Source: a virus
Taxonomy: Duplodnaviria > Caudoviricetes
Reading direction: 5' to 3' (one strand)
DNA: 64,000 nt
IMG/VR virus record: IMGVR_UViG_2974630626_000001
Location: 7,021-71,020 of that record
Shown: positions 34,797 to 44,300 of the stretch, in pieces
How positions within the stretch are numbered: position 1 is the stretch's first letter
How the letters are laid out: the number at the start of each line of letters is the position of its first letter
Program-made: the position numbers and the translations under genes
Notes under the pieces: model-generated
What the model saw: the letters and a program-made list of their open reading frames with translations, nothing else
Told to the model about the DNA's origin: nothing
The model's database searches: none

Positions 34797-35500
34797 CAAC
34801 CCCCACAAACCACAACCCCGCCGCGTCCCCACTTGACCCATCCACAGACGTGGAAAACCCTGTGGAAAACCTCCTAGCCCACCTCACCACGCAAGCACTC
34901 ACCCCAGCCAAAGCCCTGGATTTCACCACCGAGGTCTTGACCGCACTGGCGGAAGCCATGCCAGTGGACGCCCGGGAACGGCTGTCGCGGCTTTCTGAGG
35001 CAATTACGGGTAAGGGTGACACCGAGGCTCTGCGATACCGGGAAATCGCCTCTGAGAGGTTGGAGGCTGCGAAGTTCAAGAACAGGGCTGGGCTGTACCA
35101 GGCAAGGGCCGATGCCCTGGAAGCCATGGAACCGGACGAATGGCGGCTGCATGTCGCCAAGCGTGAGGCCGAACAAGCGAAGCGCAGCGCGGAACGCGAG
35201 GTTATCCGGGACGGGTCCGTGGTAGTGGATATCACCACCGAGGTGTCCGACACCGTGCGCGTAGAGCGCCACGAGCTTACGGCTGCCGGCTGGCACCACG
35301 AGGCGGATTGCAAGACGGGGGTCACGGACACTGTGGGCGCGGAAGAGCTCAACGCCATGCGCGCCGCTACTCACCACGCCCTCCAGGACTGGCACGACAG
35401 GGCGCACGGCCTCATTTCGTGGGCTGGGTGCCCTCATGAGCCTTGCCGGTTGCTGCCGGAAGCCGCGAAGACCTACAAGGTGGGAGGTGCCCGGGCGTGA
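34793..35500 (+). CDS. Hypothetical protein (235 aa)
   Basis: ATGA-coupled; helical; C-terminal WHD..HG...W..CPHEPC. Confidence 0.7.
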   Translation: MTTPTNHNPAASPLDPSTDVENPVENLLAHLTTQALTPAKALDFTTEVLTALAEAMPVDARERLSRLSEAITGKGDTEALRYREIASERLEAAKFKNRAGLYQARADALEAMEPDEWRLHVAKREAEQAKRSAEREVIRDGSVVVDITTEVSDTVRVERHELTAAGWHHEADCKTGVTDTVGAEELNAMRAATHHALQDWHDRAHGLISWAGCPHEPCRLLPEAAKTYKVGGARA

Positions 35501-35970
35501 GCATCAACAGCTACGAAATGCACGACGTTGTGGAGAGAATCAACGACCTGTTGGCGTCCGGCGAGCTCACGGGCATCTATTCCGTGGAAACCAACGGGTT
35601 CCCCGACTCCGGGTTCGTGACTGTCCGCACTGAGGCGAGCATTTACCGGCGCGACTTCACCGCGGACCAGGCGGCAATTGACGTGATCACCCGGGCGTTC
35701 CCGGGCGGGTCCGTTCAACGGCTGCATGTGGCGCACCGGGGCAGCAAGTTGAGCCTACGCGCGGACAAAGCCCGGTACAGCGTGGACGTGGGGCCGGTAT
35801 TGCTCCGGTTCGAGTACCACGTACCCCACGAGTGCCAAGATTTCGTTGGCAAGGCGTCCATGGGCGGCACGCCCAAGTGGTGGTGTAACGGCTGCAAGCG
35901 GCCCGTGACCACAACGGCCGCCCGGTCCATGGGCTTGCTGCCACCACTTGTGCGCAAGGGGGCAAAGTGA
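35497..35970 (+). CDS. Hypothetical protein with C-terminal Zn motif
   Basis: GTGA-coupled; H.C...CNGC. Confidence 0.65.
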   Translation: MSINSYEMHDVVERINDLLASGELTGIYSVETNGFPDSGFVTVRTEASIYRRDFTADQAAIDVITRAFPGGSVQRLHVAHRGSKLSLRADKARYSVDVGPVLLRFEYHVPHECQDFVGKASMGGTPKWWCNGCKRPVTTTAARSMGLLPPLVRKGAK

Positions 35971-36146
35971 GGATTCAGCGCGTCCGCGACGGCGAACTAG
36001 ACCAGACCGAGGCGCTGGACGTTCCCATGGGCACTGAGGTGTTCGTGACCACCCGCATGGGCACGCTCAAGCTTGTGGAGGACGAATTTAGCGGGGTGCT
36101 GTATGTCTCTCACATACGCGGCGGCATTGTCGTGACCGACGAATAA
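35967..36146 (+). CDS. Hypothetical protein (59 aa)
   Basis: GTGA-coupled VRIQRVRDGELD...VVTDE; below the ORF-track cutoff. Confidence 0.55.
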   Translation: MRIQRVRDGELDQTEALDVPMGTEVFVTTRMGTLKLVEDEFSGVLYVSHIRGGIVVTDE

Positions 36147-36169
36147 CGGCCAATCCGGGGGCGTGGGCG

Positions 36170-36195
36170 AAAACAGGCACACGCCCCCATAGGCT
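36170..36195 (+). promoter_or_regulatory. Middle-type promoter box
   Basis: AAAACAGGCACA-N8-TAGGCT; the box lies inside the inverted repeat GGGGGCGTG/CACGCCCCC. Confidence 0.75.
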
Positions 36196-36232
36196 CGAAA
36201 TATCAAGTACCGCCACAACGAAAGCCGGACCA

Positions 36233-36691
36233 ATGAGGATTACCAAGCGTCAAGGCATCACTGATGCAATCGAACTGGACGACGACCCCACCATCGGGAC
36301 ACCAATCACCATCCACATGCGCAACGGCGCCGCCGTCTCGATCACCGAAACGGACGCCCACGAACTGCTCATTGTGGAAACCAGCCACCGAACCCTCCGG
36401 GTAGCCCCTGGAACGGCCAACAGCCTCACAATCACCACCGTGGACAGCTTCCTTGAGGCAGAGGCCCCCATGATCCCGATTCCCAGCGTTGCCGAGCTCT
36501 GCAAGGTGCCCACGGGATCCAAGCTCTACAGCGTGGCCACCAAGACCGTGTGGACCTGGCACGGCGGCGGACTCGACCAAATCACCAAGGAAGGGTTCAT
36601 TGTCACCAACACCGCCGATGATTCCGGCTTTGCGACCACCCCCGAATTCTGGCAGCGTTGCGCGCCCCTCCTGCTGGCAGCAACGCCATGA
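36233..36691 (+). CDS. Hypothetical protein
   Basis: 152 aa, downstream of a promoter box. Confidence 0.7.
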   Translation: MRITKRQGITDAIELDDDPTIGTPITIHMRNGAAVSITETDAHELLIVETSHRTLRVAPGTANSLTITTVDSFLEAEAPMIPIPSVAELCKVPTGSKLYSVATKTVWTWHGGGLDQITKEGFIVTNTADDSGFATTPEFWQRCAPLLLAATP

Positions 36692-37119
36692 CCGGACTCA
36701 AGGGGTACGACCGCGCCCAAGCCGTCGCCAAGCTCACCGAGGACATAGAGGCCACCAAAATGGTTGCCCGGGAAGCCCCGGACCCGTTCAATAACGTGTG
36801 GCAGGAAGCCCACGTCGGCGTCATACTCGTGCCCCCGGCCCAAGTCATAGCTGAGGCCGTCCTAATCCACCTCCACCCCATCATTGAAGACCAGGAAGCC
36901 CTAGACCGGCTTGGTGTGGGGTCCGTGGTCATTGACAGCTACCGGGCACCCCTCAACGGCGACGTGTACCGTTCCGCACTCAGCAACGGGCGCGTGGTCT
37001 GGTTCCAGGCTGGCCCACAAGGCGAATTCCACACCGTCTGTTTCCCCGCCATGGTCCTCCACAAAAGCACCCTGGCATCCACAACCGAACTCTTTCTGGA
37101 AGGACTCATAAGCGAATGA
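36688..37119 (+). CDS. Hypothetical protein
   Basis: ATGA-coupled, 143 aa. Confidence 0.7.
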   Translation: MTGLKGYDRAQAVAKLTEDIEATKMVAREAPDPFNNVWQEAHVGVILVPPAQVIAEAVLIHLHPIIEDQEALDRLGVGSVVIDSYRAPLNGDVYRSALSNGRVVWFQAGPQGEFHTVCFPAMVLHKSTLASTTELFLEGLISE

Positions 37120-37298
37120 CTTGGGCAACCCACACAGACGGCAGCCCCGTGCACGTTTGGCCGCTGGAAGACACCATCGAACACCACCTTGAGGGCACTG
37201 GCTGCCCATGCGAACCCAAGACCGAGGAAGTGCCCCGCGAGGACGGCACCACAGGCGTCATGATCAGCCACAACGCAATGGACGGACGCCCCGAATGA
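37116..37298 (+). CDS. Small His/Cys protein
   Basis: HVWP..D.IEH....CPC.P...H; coupled at both ends. Confidence 0.7.
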   Translation: MTWATHTDGSPVHVWPLEDTIEHHLEGTGCPCEPKTEEVPREDGTTGVMISHNAMDGRPE

Positions 37299-37774
37299 CT
37301 TACGACCTCACACCCCTGGACGGCATGCGCGAGCGCACCAAGTCCGATGCCAGCCACCTGTTGCGGACCCTCAACGTGGAAGCCAACCCCTTGGCGAAGC
37401 ACTACGCCGTGATGCTGGACGCCAACCGGCTCAACGTGCTGGCCATGTTCGAGAACACCAACCGGGCCGGTACGTTCACCACCCCCGTTATCTCAGTCGA
37501 AAACGCGGAAGCCATTGTGGCCGCCGCCCGGGACGCCCACAACCTGGTCCACCTCGTGGACGGAATCCGCGCCAAATTCGAGCATGAGGCCAAGCAACTG
37601 CAAGCCACGTCAGCGCAGCTATCCCGCGAGGCCATACGCCCCGGACTGTCCAAAGCAGACCGAAAAGCCGCATGCGAGGAATCCGAGCGATACCGGAATT
37701 ACTCCACATGGGCGGACAGCGTTGTGCGCACCCTGGACAAGACCATTGCCGAGCTCCTGAACCCGGAAGGCTGA
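37295..37774 (+). CDS. Hypothetical protein
   Basis: ATGA-coupled, 159 aa. Confidence 0.7.
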   Translation: MTYDLTPLDGMRERTKSDASHLLRTLNVEANPLAKHYAVMLDANRLNVLAMFENTNRAGTFTTPVISVENAEAIVAAARDAHNLVHLVDGIRAKFEHEAKQLQATSAQLSREAIRPGLSKADRKAACEESERYRNYSTWADSVVRTLDKTIAELLNPEG

Positions 37775-37777
37775 ACC

Positions 37778-39004
37778 ATGACACTTGACCACCTCACAGA
37801 CCCCCAAGGCATCAAAGCCACGGCCCGGGCAATCTACGAGGGAGGCCGCGAACACCCCCTTGCTGACCTTGCGCGCCTGATCGACGGGGCACGCCGCGAC
37901 GCCGAATTCCAAGGACTCGCTGAATACGACGTCGCCCGGTGGATAGCCCACGTAATCACCGAGGACCAGAAACTGCGCATTGCCAACAACGACCTGACGG
38001 CACCCCACGGCCAATTCGTGCCCAACCCGCCCAAGCTTGTGGCCGGTGAAGACCTCCCGGAAGGCAGCAACCTGGTGGTCAACCCCAGCATGGGCAAGGT
38101 CAACCCCGCTGTGGGCGTAGTGCCGGACTACCTGAACCCGCCGCCCCCCGTGATCGAACTGGAACACCTCAGCCACAGCATGCGGCAAGCCCTGTTGAAC
38201 CCCCACCCGGGCGAGAACGCCCGGTGGATCATTGACCACATGGCCCCCGGCGCGTTCGACCAACTCAAGGAAATGGCCGTTCCCGAAACCGAGTACCCCA
38301 GCAAGACCGCTGAGGACTTCCTGCAGGGGCGCAAGCTCCACATAACCACCCCCGCCGAACCCAAGCCCGGACTGTTCGACTTCCTCAAAGACCTGCCCAC
38401 ACTGCCCCGGGTGGACCTTGGCGACCAACCCAACATGTTCGAGGCATTCAAGGCCGGCAAGCTCACCTATGGCGAAATGCCCGAACTGCCCAAGTTTGAG
38501 CTTTCAGAGGAAGCCCGGGAAAACCTCAACGAGGCTGGGAAGCGCATTGGGGAAGTCCTCAAGGAAGCCGCCCAAGAGGTCACCCGGCGCACCCGCCAAG
38601 CCCGTGAGGAACAGCTACGCAGCTACTACCAGAACACCGAGCATGAACACGTCTTTGGGCGCGGGTCCAACGGTATTTGCCAGTTGTGTGGGGCTGAATC
38701 GAACAGCCGCCGCGCGAGGGCCAAGCGCCGCGCGATCCACAACGAACAGGCCAAGGCCGCCCGTCAATACCCGCAGCACCAACGCGGCGAAACCGTCACC
38801 GCTACTGGCATCGACGCCGAGGGCGCGCGAGTCGCCAAACGCGGCACTGTCCTGAACCCCGCAGACCACACCGGCTGTGTTGGCGTGGTCTGGGAAGACC
38901 AGGAACCCGGCACGCATTCCCTTGTTCACGTCCACAGCCTCAGCGCCCCCATGTCCAACCTTCACGAGGCACTGAAAGCCAAGGGTGACGGCATTGACGG
39001 CTAA
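37778..39004 (+). CDS. Hypothetical multidomain protein (408 aa)
   Basis: Long ORF with GC3 bias; HEHVF...CQLCG Zn motif and a C-terminal SH3-like segment. Confidence 0.8.
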   Translation: MTLDHLTDPQGIKATARAIYEGGREHPLADLARLIDGARRDAEFQGLAEYDVARWIAHVITEDQKLRIANNDLTAPHGQFVPNPPKLVAGEDLPEGSNLVVNPSMGKVNPAVGVVPDYLNPPPPVIELEHLSHSMRQALLNPHPGENARWIIDHMAPGAFDQLKEMAVPETEYPSKTAEDFLQGRKLHITTPAEPKPGLFDFLKDLPTLPRVDLGDQPNMFEAFKAGKLTYGEMPELPKFELSEEARENLNEAGKRIGEVLKEAAQEVTRRTRQAREEQLRSYYQNTEHEHVFGRGSNGICQLCGAESNSRRARAKRRAIHNEQAKAARQYPQHQRGETVTATGIDAEGARVAKRGTVLNPADHTGCVGVVWEDQEPGTHSLVHVHSLSAPMSNLHEALKAKGDGIDG

Positions 39005-39131
39005 CGTTCAGGAAGCCCTCTATGCGTGGTGCGCGGATTGCTCCATGGGGTCCGAGGTAGGCATATTGCGCGCCGAGGCTGAGGCATGGGCGGACGAACA
39101 CGACGCCCTCAACCATGTGGAGGAACCATGA
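38994..39131 (+). CDS. Small Zn-finger-like protein (45 aa)
   Basis: TTG start; AWCADC...AEAWADEHDALNH; ATGA-coupled to the next gene. Confidence 0.5.
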   Translation: MTANVQEALYAWCADCSMGSEVGILRAEAEAWADEHDALNHVEEP

Positions 39132-39319
39132 TCGTGGCGACTTTCTGGCTGAATGTCGCGTGCTCGCTGGCCTTGTGCGTGGCCGCCGTACTGGCGTTTC
39201 GTGCTGCCTGGTTCAGCCGGAAGCCTAAGCCTGTTTGGGGTGACAAAAGCACCGCAGGGGCTCTCTTGGTGGCTTGCGTCCTTGGTGTCGCCGCGTTCAT
39301 CACAAGGGTGCTTGCATGA
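39128..39319 (+). CDS. Two-TM membrane protein
   Basis: SD GGAGGAA; two hydrophobic helices. Confidence 0.7.
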   Translation: MIVATFWLNVACSLALCVAAVLAFRAAWFSRKPKPVWGDKSTAGALLVACVLGVAAFITRVLA

Positions 39320-39783
39320 CCCAGGAAATCCCGGGGTTGTGGGGCGACGGCGGCGGGGACGCTTTGGGCGACCTTGCCGCCGCCGCGGACCACATCAAGA
39401 ACATGCCTTACGAGGCTTTCGTGCCGTGGGAACCGCCCACCGAACAGGACAAGCTACTTGAGGCCGTGAACGTTCCCCGGGCGTTGCCGGTGTCGTGGGA
39501 CGGCATCCCCATGGAATGGCGCGAATGGCACGCAGAGAACCAAATCACGATATGCCCACCCATCCCCCGCGAGCCGTGCCCACACTGCGGCTTTGACGAC
39601 GCGCCCCGGTCCATGTGCCGGGGCGTCCGGGTGGGTTCCAGGCTGCTGGGGCCACTCTTTGCGTTCCGCTGCCAAGCATGCGGCGGGGACACCGTGCACG
39701 ACCTCCAAGCCGGCGATACGTGGATCCTTGAGCTAGACGACTACGGCCCGGACGGGTCCACAGAGGTTCGGATTATCGACTAA
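39316..39783 (+). CDS. Zinc-ribbon protein
   Basis: CPHC...CQAC; ATGA-coupled. Confidence 0.7.
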   Translation: MTQEIPGLWGDGGGDALGDLAAAADHIKNMPYEAFVPWEPPTEQDKLLEAVNVPRALPVSWDGIPMEWREWHAENQITICPPIPREPCPHCGFDDAPRSMCRGVRVGSRLLGPLFAFRCQACGGDTVHDLQAGDTWILELDDYGPDGSTEVRIID

Positions 39784-39807
39784 AACAGGCACGCCCGGGG
39801 GCAAACT
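39782..39807 (+). promoter_or_regulatory. Middle-type promoter, leaderless geometry
   Basis: AAAACAGGCACG-N8-CAAACT-N6-ATG(39814). Confidence 0.85.
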
Positions 39808-39813
39808 GAGGAT

Positions 39814-40056
39814 ATGACCCTTTCTGACGACTCCCGCCGCATCCCGTTGGCTCAATGCCCGGAATGCCCCAAGCTCATGCCAACCGGCCAAGCCAGGTGC
39901 CAAGCCCATGACGTAAAAGCCGAGGTGGAGAAAACCACGGTGCGCAACCGATACCGGGCATACTGCGAAGCCCACCAAGACGGCTGGAACGGCACCAAAC
40001 GAACCGCCGAAAAATGGGCCACCGAACACAACAACGAACACCACAAGGACGCCTGA
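39814..40056 (+). CDS. Zn-binding small protein
   Basis: CPEC...C..H and C..H...AEKWATEHNNEHH. Confidence 0.75.
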   Translation: MTLSDDSRRIPLAQCPECPKLMPTGQARCQAHDVKAEVEKTTVRNRYRAYCEAHQDGWNGTKRTAEKWATEHNNEHHKDA

Positions 40057-40058
40057 CC

Positions 40059-40394
40059 ATGACCAGCGAACGGCCCCCGATAGGGGCAAAGGTCACTATC
40101 AATTCACCCGGCCATTTCCGGCACGGCGCCACCGGGGTGGTGAGCTACCACGGCACCATGCTGGGAACCATTGGCGTGACCGTCCGCGGCATCCAGTACG
40201 GGCTAATGCCGGGAGAGGTCACCCTGGTGGCTAAACCCGTCTGCCGGAACTGTGGGCGCCCCATCACCAGGAACACCCAGCCCCAGCACAGGTGGGCGCG
40301 GCGCATGCCCAAACGGGAATGGCTGCACAACGCCACCGATTTCGACCCCAAGAAACCAATGGATTGCTTCGACCCAGAACCCAAGGAAGACTAG
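40059..40394 (+). CDS. KOW/SH3-like plus Zn-ribbon protein
   Basis: IGAKVTI..PGHFRHGATGVV; CRNCG...W.H. Confidence 0.65.
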   Translation: MTSERPPIGAKVTINSPGHFRHGATGVVSYHGTMLGTIGVTVRGIQYGLMPGEVTLVAKPVCRNCGRPITRNTQPQHRWARRMPKREWLHNATDFDPKKPMDCFDPEPKED

Positions 40395-40396
40395 CC

Positions 40397-40912
40397 ATGC
40401 CTGAATTCGCCACAGCACGCCAACGCATCAACGAGTACCTACGGCAGCGCAAGGGCCAAAAAGGTCTTGACCGCGAGGTGATCCACAACAGCTTCACGGA
40501 CCCCAACGCCGCCGTTGCACCCCTCCTGATTGCGGACCTTGAGGAAGTCATGCAGACCTCAACAGGGCTGGACTCATGGACCTATTTCTATGCGTTCCAC
40601 GCCGCTTTTTCCGTTCTCAGAGTCCATGAGGCATGGACCATGGGACCAGGGGAAGACCTCAACGGAACTGGCAAGTTCCTTTCCCACAAAGTCACCTGTG
40701 TGGGCTGCCCCGCCGGCTGGCACACCTACGCGCTGAGTGCTGAGGACGCGCGCGAGCTATTCACCGGCCACCAAGCCAACGTTGTGGCCACCCGTTTGCG
40801 GGACAGTTTCCAGAACCCAGACAAGGCAGAGGAACAACAGCTAATCCTTGACCGGGTATGGCATGAGGGCTGGGACGCCAACGACGGCGACACAAGCCCC
40901 TACCAGCCATGA
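40397..40912 (+). CDS. Hypothetical protein
   Basis: 171 aa in operon. Confidence 0.65.
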   Translation: MPEFATARQRINEYLRQRKGQKGLDREVIHNSFTDPNAAVAPLLIADLEEVMQTSTGLDSWTYFYAFHAAFSVLRVHEAWTMGPGEDLNGTGKFLSHKVTCVGCPAGWHTYALSAEDARELFTGHQANVVATRLRDSFQNPDKAEEQQLILDRVWHEGWDANDGDTSPYQP

Positions 40913-41100
40913 GCCGCTACCTGGTCTGTGACGTTTGCGGCGGCAAGCTCCACTTGCCCACCACCCCGGCCCTTGCCGAGGGCTGGCAACGCCACAGCGT
41001 AGGCAGCGGCAACACGCTGGAAATCCGTTACACATGCCCCAAATGCAACCCCGCCAAGATCAAAGCCATTATGGAGGCTCGCAATGTCCGCCGTTCTTGA
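40909..41100 (+). CDS. Zinc-ribbon protein
   Basis: CDVCG...CPKC. Confidence 0.7.
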   Translation: MSRYLVCDVCGGKLHLPTTPALAEGWQRHSVGSGNTLEIRYTCPKCNPAKIKAIMEARNVRRS

Positions 41101-41944
41101 AGTCCTGAAAGCCCACCCCGATTGGAATTACGGCCCCGCCCCAGAGGGCAGAAATGGGGTGGCCAAATGCGCTGGCCCCGGCTGCGAATGGGAAGCCGTC
41201 AGCCCTCCACTTACGACCCGGGTAGAGGACTTGCACCGCGCCCACGTGGCTGAGGAAATCGCGCGGCTTGACGCACCTGTTGAGCTCAAAACCGAGCCGC
41301 TGAACACCTACAGCACGCAGCGCGAGGAAATGCTGCGCGGGTTCAACGCTGACGTGGCCGGCGGCAAGCTCACGCTGGTGCATGACAAGGGTCTTCACCG
41401 CTATCTGACGTTCCGGCCCCGCAGCGGTAATTTCTGCTGGTTCGATATCATCACCAGCCCCGGGCAACTCACCATTAGGGGCGACATGGGCGACTACATG
41501 TTCGCCCGGGAACCGGACATGCTCCGGGATTTCTTCCACCGGAACGTGAACCCGTCCTATTGGGCCGAAAAGGTGCTTGCCCAGGACGTGAACAGCCCCG
41601 TGCGTGAATACAGCCTCGATAGGTACAAGGCAAGCGTGCTGCATGACTTCTGGCACGCCCGGGAGGACTACACCCCCGCCGACGCCAAAGAGCTATGGCG
41701 CGAAATCCGCACCAGCGGCCCCCTGAACGACTACGCCGACTATCTGCACCCCAACGGCGCCATAAACGAACTTGAAACATTCAGTTCCGAGGTGGCCAAA
41801 GATTTCCGTTTCGACACGCACGGATATGACGATTTCGAGGACTACGGACACCACTTCCTTTGGTGCTGCCACGCCGTCCTGTTCGCCGCCCGGGCATATC
41901 GTGAACATGACAAAGCCAAGACCCTGGAAGGGGCCGAATCATGA
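41084..41944 (+). CDS. Conserved-looking phage hypothetical protein (286 aa)
   Basis: HDKGLHRYL.F...WFDIIT.PG.L.I.GD.GDY.F...VNP.YWAEK motif run. Confidence 0.8.
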   Translation: MSAVLEVLKAHPDWNYGPAPEGRNGVAKCAGPGCEWEAVSPPLTTRVEDLHRAHVAEEIARLDAPVELKTEPLNTYSTQREEMLRGFNADVAGGKLTLVHDKGLHRYLTFRPRSGNFCWFDIITSPGQLTIRGDMGDYMFAREPDMLRDFFHRNVNPSYWAEKVLAQDVNSPVREYSLDRYKASVLHDFWHAREDYTPADAKELWREIRTSGPLNDYADYLHPNGAINELETFSSEVAKDFRFDTHGYDDFEDYGHHFLWCCHAVLFAARAYREHDKAKTLEGAES

Positions 41945-42360
41945 CCATTGCACCCATCACCGCCCAAGAAATCGGCAACGTGACCGTGACCCGTGAGGGC
42001 AGCACGTTGCGAGCCACCACGGACCTGCTCAAGGTCACTGCCAACATGTCCGATGATCCGGCGACGCTGCGAACCAGGGCCACCATGGTGCTTGCGCTGG
42101 CCACCTACATTGACAGCCCACCGGCCCCGCCGTTCGAGTTCCCGCAGAACCACGCGGCCGTGCTGCTCGCTGACGGCCCCATGCAAGACGGCGTGGCGCC
42201 CGTGGCCCGATTCACCCGCATTGAAGACCGGGGCTGGTTCTCAGCAACCTACGGCTGGCAAACCGAGGCGTTCCTGTTGAAGGACTTCACGAATCTGCGG
42301 GTGATATCCGAGGGCATCCCCGGAACCGCCCCGGACACGATCCCGGACCCCACCGAATAA
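41941..42360 (+). CDS. Hypothetical protein
   Basis: ATGA-coupled, 139 aa. Confidence 0.7.
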   Translation: MTIAPITAQEIGNVTVTREGSTLRATTDLLKVTANMSDDPATLRTRATMVLALATYIDSPPAPPFEFPQNHAAVLLADGPMQDGVAPVARFTRIEDRGWFSATYGWQTEAFLLKDFTNLRVISEGIPGTAPDTIPDPTE

Positions 42361-42364
42361 CCCA

Positions 42365-42413
42365 CAACGCCCCGTGACGCATCCCACACTGTCACGGGGC
42401 GTTGCCATATCGT
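42365..42413 (+). promoter_or_regulatory. 14-bp perfect hairpin whose loop holds a late-type box
   Basis: CAACGCCCCGTGAC/GTCACGGGGCGTTG; CATCCCACAC(42380)-N18-TATCGT. Confidence 0.55.
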
Positions 42414-42442
42414 CAGCCCACCAGCGAACAAAGAGGTTGACC

Positions 42443-42664
42443 ATGGCAAAGACGCCGCACCGAGTTATACACCTGAAACAGTGCTATGACTGTTCCACCC
42501 TGGTGGAGGAACCCTGCAGGGGCGCATTCGAGATAGCCCTATGCGCCAAACACCGGGATTGCGTTGGCTGCCCAATTCTGAGATTCCGACAAAAACAGGC
42601 ACGCGTGCTGACACTGTTGGAATATGACAACCAAGCAGAACCCGCCACAGCCCAAGCCGCGTAA
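42443..42664 (+). CDS. Cys-rich small protein
   Basis: SD AAGAGG; CYDC...C...C..H.DC.GC; overlaps the next gene by 41 nt. Confidence 0.45.
   Translation: MAKTPHRVIHLKQCYDCSTLVEEPCRGAFEIALCAKHRDCVGCPILRFRQKQARVLTLLEYDNQAEPATAQAA
42592..42617 (+). promoter_or_regulatory. Middle-type promoter, leaderless geometry
   Basis: AAAACAGGCACG-N8-CACTGT-N6-ATG(42624). Confidence 0.85.
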
Positions 42665-43067
42665 CCCCCGCGCCGAACTGATCAACCGCGCCCGTACCGC
42701 CGGCGATCCCAACTGGTCCTTGTCCATAGCCCCAGAGGTAAAAGACCTGATCAACGCCCTTGCCGAACAGGTGGCCATTTCCATGCCACCCCCGCAAGTG
42801 GTCATTCCAGAGGACAAGCCCACGGATCCGGTGGTCACGCTCGCACGCAGCGCCAAGAACTACGTGGACTATCGCCGGGGAAAGCTTGAGGACACCCTCA
42901 AGAACCTGGAACGCTCCATTGAGGACTTGCGCCGGTACCCGGGCGCTGACGGGGTGAACATGCTCACCCGCGCCGCTGAGGCAGCCAGCGCCGCCACTCA
43001 ACTGCAAGACGCCCTAGAGCATGCCGAACAATTCGCCTACCTCGTGGGAGAACGCACCAATGACTAA
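42624..43067 (+). CDS. Hypothetical coiled-coil protein
   Basis: 147 aa; ATG 20 nt after the box. Confidence 0.75.
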   Translation: MTTKQNPPQPKPRNPRAELINRARTAGDPNWSLSIAPEVKDLINALAEQVAISMPPPQVVIPEDKPTDPVVTLARSAKNYVDYRRGKLEDTLKNLERSIEDLRRYPGADGVNMLTRAAEAASAATQLQDALEHAEQFAYLVGERTND

Positions 43068-43608
43068 GCGCCAATTCCTTGTGACCGTGGAGGACAGCGA
43101 GCAATCAGACGACATGGTGGGCACCCTCATGCGGGGCGTCCTGGACGGGCATGTGATCGTGGAACGACTCGCTGACAAGGTGGCCGGTATCCCAGCCCAC
43201 TGGGACGCTAACGCACCGCGTGGCCAAGTGACGCTTGTCCAGAACCCCCCGGAACAGTTCACCGGCGAGAATTACGGACCCACCCCGGAACAATGGGACA
43301 TGCTGCGGGACCGCGTAAAGTCCATGATCTTGGGCAGACCCTACGGGCATGTGGAGGTAGTCCAGGACGACGGCACCAGCCGCCGCCCCGAACCCGGCGA
43401 AATCCTGACTATCGACGGTCTGCAGCAAGGGTTCAACTACCCGGAACGGTTCAGCGTAGGAACTGCTGACGGCGCCACCGTGGGCCGGTTCCGCACCCGC
43501 GAGCAAGCCGACAAAGCCGCCGAACGCTGGAACCAACAGGACACGGTGAACGAGGTATACCCCGCGACCGTGCGCGACCTCAGAGAGGAAACCACCAATG
43601 AGGACTGA
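43060..43608 (+). CDS. Hypothetical protein
   Basis: SD GGGAG; 182 aa. Confidence 0.7.
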   Translation: MTKRQFLVTVEDSEQSDDMVGTLMRGVLDGHVIVERLADKVAGIPAHWDANAPRGQVTLVQNPPEQFTGENYGPTPEQWDMLRDRVKSMILGRPYGHVEVVQDDGTSRRPEPGEILTIDGLQQGFNYPERFSVGTADGATVGRFRTREQADKAAERWNQQDTVNEVYPATVRDLREETTNED

Positions 43609-44158
43609 ACCGCTGCCCCATGAGGACAAGGCCACGTTCGAGCTCGCAAAAGACGTGTTCGAGGTGGACAACGCCGCGTCACTGTTCCCGGCAACGGAAT
43701 GGGCGGAAGTCCCGGAAGCCAACACCGCGTATGCGTTCGGTATCGCTGCCGGTCTGATCCGGCGCGGCTACCACAAAACCCCGGAAGACCTTGTGGGAGT
43801 GGAGGAAGTCCGGCCCATCATTGGCGACCTGGTGGACCCTGACCCGTGCCAGCGAGACATGAACGGCGGCTGCCAAACTCACCTTTACCTTTCCCTCAAG
43901 CCTGACGACCGATGCCCCCAGCAAGTCGCCAAGACCTGGCTACAGGACCACCCCGAACCAGTCAAAACACCCGGCCCGGGCGACCTCTTGTGCGCTGGCA
44001 ACTGCGGACGGTTCATCCCATGGGCTTATGCCACCAAGGAAAGCGGCTGGAAGGTCACCAGCGCCACTGGCCCGGACACCAACGACGCTGGCGCGCATAT
44101 CCGTGTTTGGTGCCCTGTCTGCGGACCATGGGGTGGGCAGTACATTGCCACGCATTGA
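43598..44158 (+). CDS. Hypothetical Cys-containing protein
   Basis: SD GAGGA; DPC..D..GGC..H, CAGNC, CPVC. Confidence 0.7.
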   Translation: MRTEPLPHEDKATFELAKDVFEVDNAASLFPATEWAEVPEANTAYAFGIAAGLIRRGYHKTPEDLVGVEEVRPIIGDLVDPDPCQRDMNGGCQTHLYLSLKPDDRCPQQVAKTWLQDHPEPVKTPGPGDLLCAGNCGRFIPWAYATKESGWKVTSATGPDTNDAGAHIRVWCPVCGPWGGQYIATH

Positions 44159-44300
44159 GCTTGTGAAAGACCACCGTGGCCACATCGTTGGGCATGTGGC
44201 CACGGTGACCAAGGAAGAACAAGAGGAAGCCGACAGGCGCGCCGCCGCGCTCCGGGAATCCCAAACAGAAAGCGACTTTGAGGAATGGATCGACTGGTGA
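44145..44300 (+). CDS. Small hypothetical protein
   Basis: TTG start; fills the gap; GTGA overlap with the next gene. Confidence 0.45.
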   Translation: MPRIELVKDHRGHIVGHVATVTKEEQEEADRRAAALRESQTESDFEEWIDW

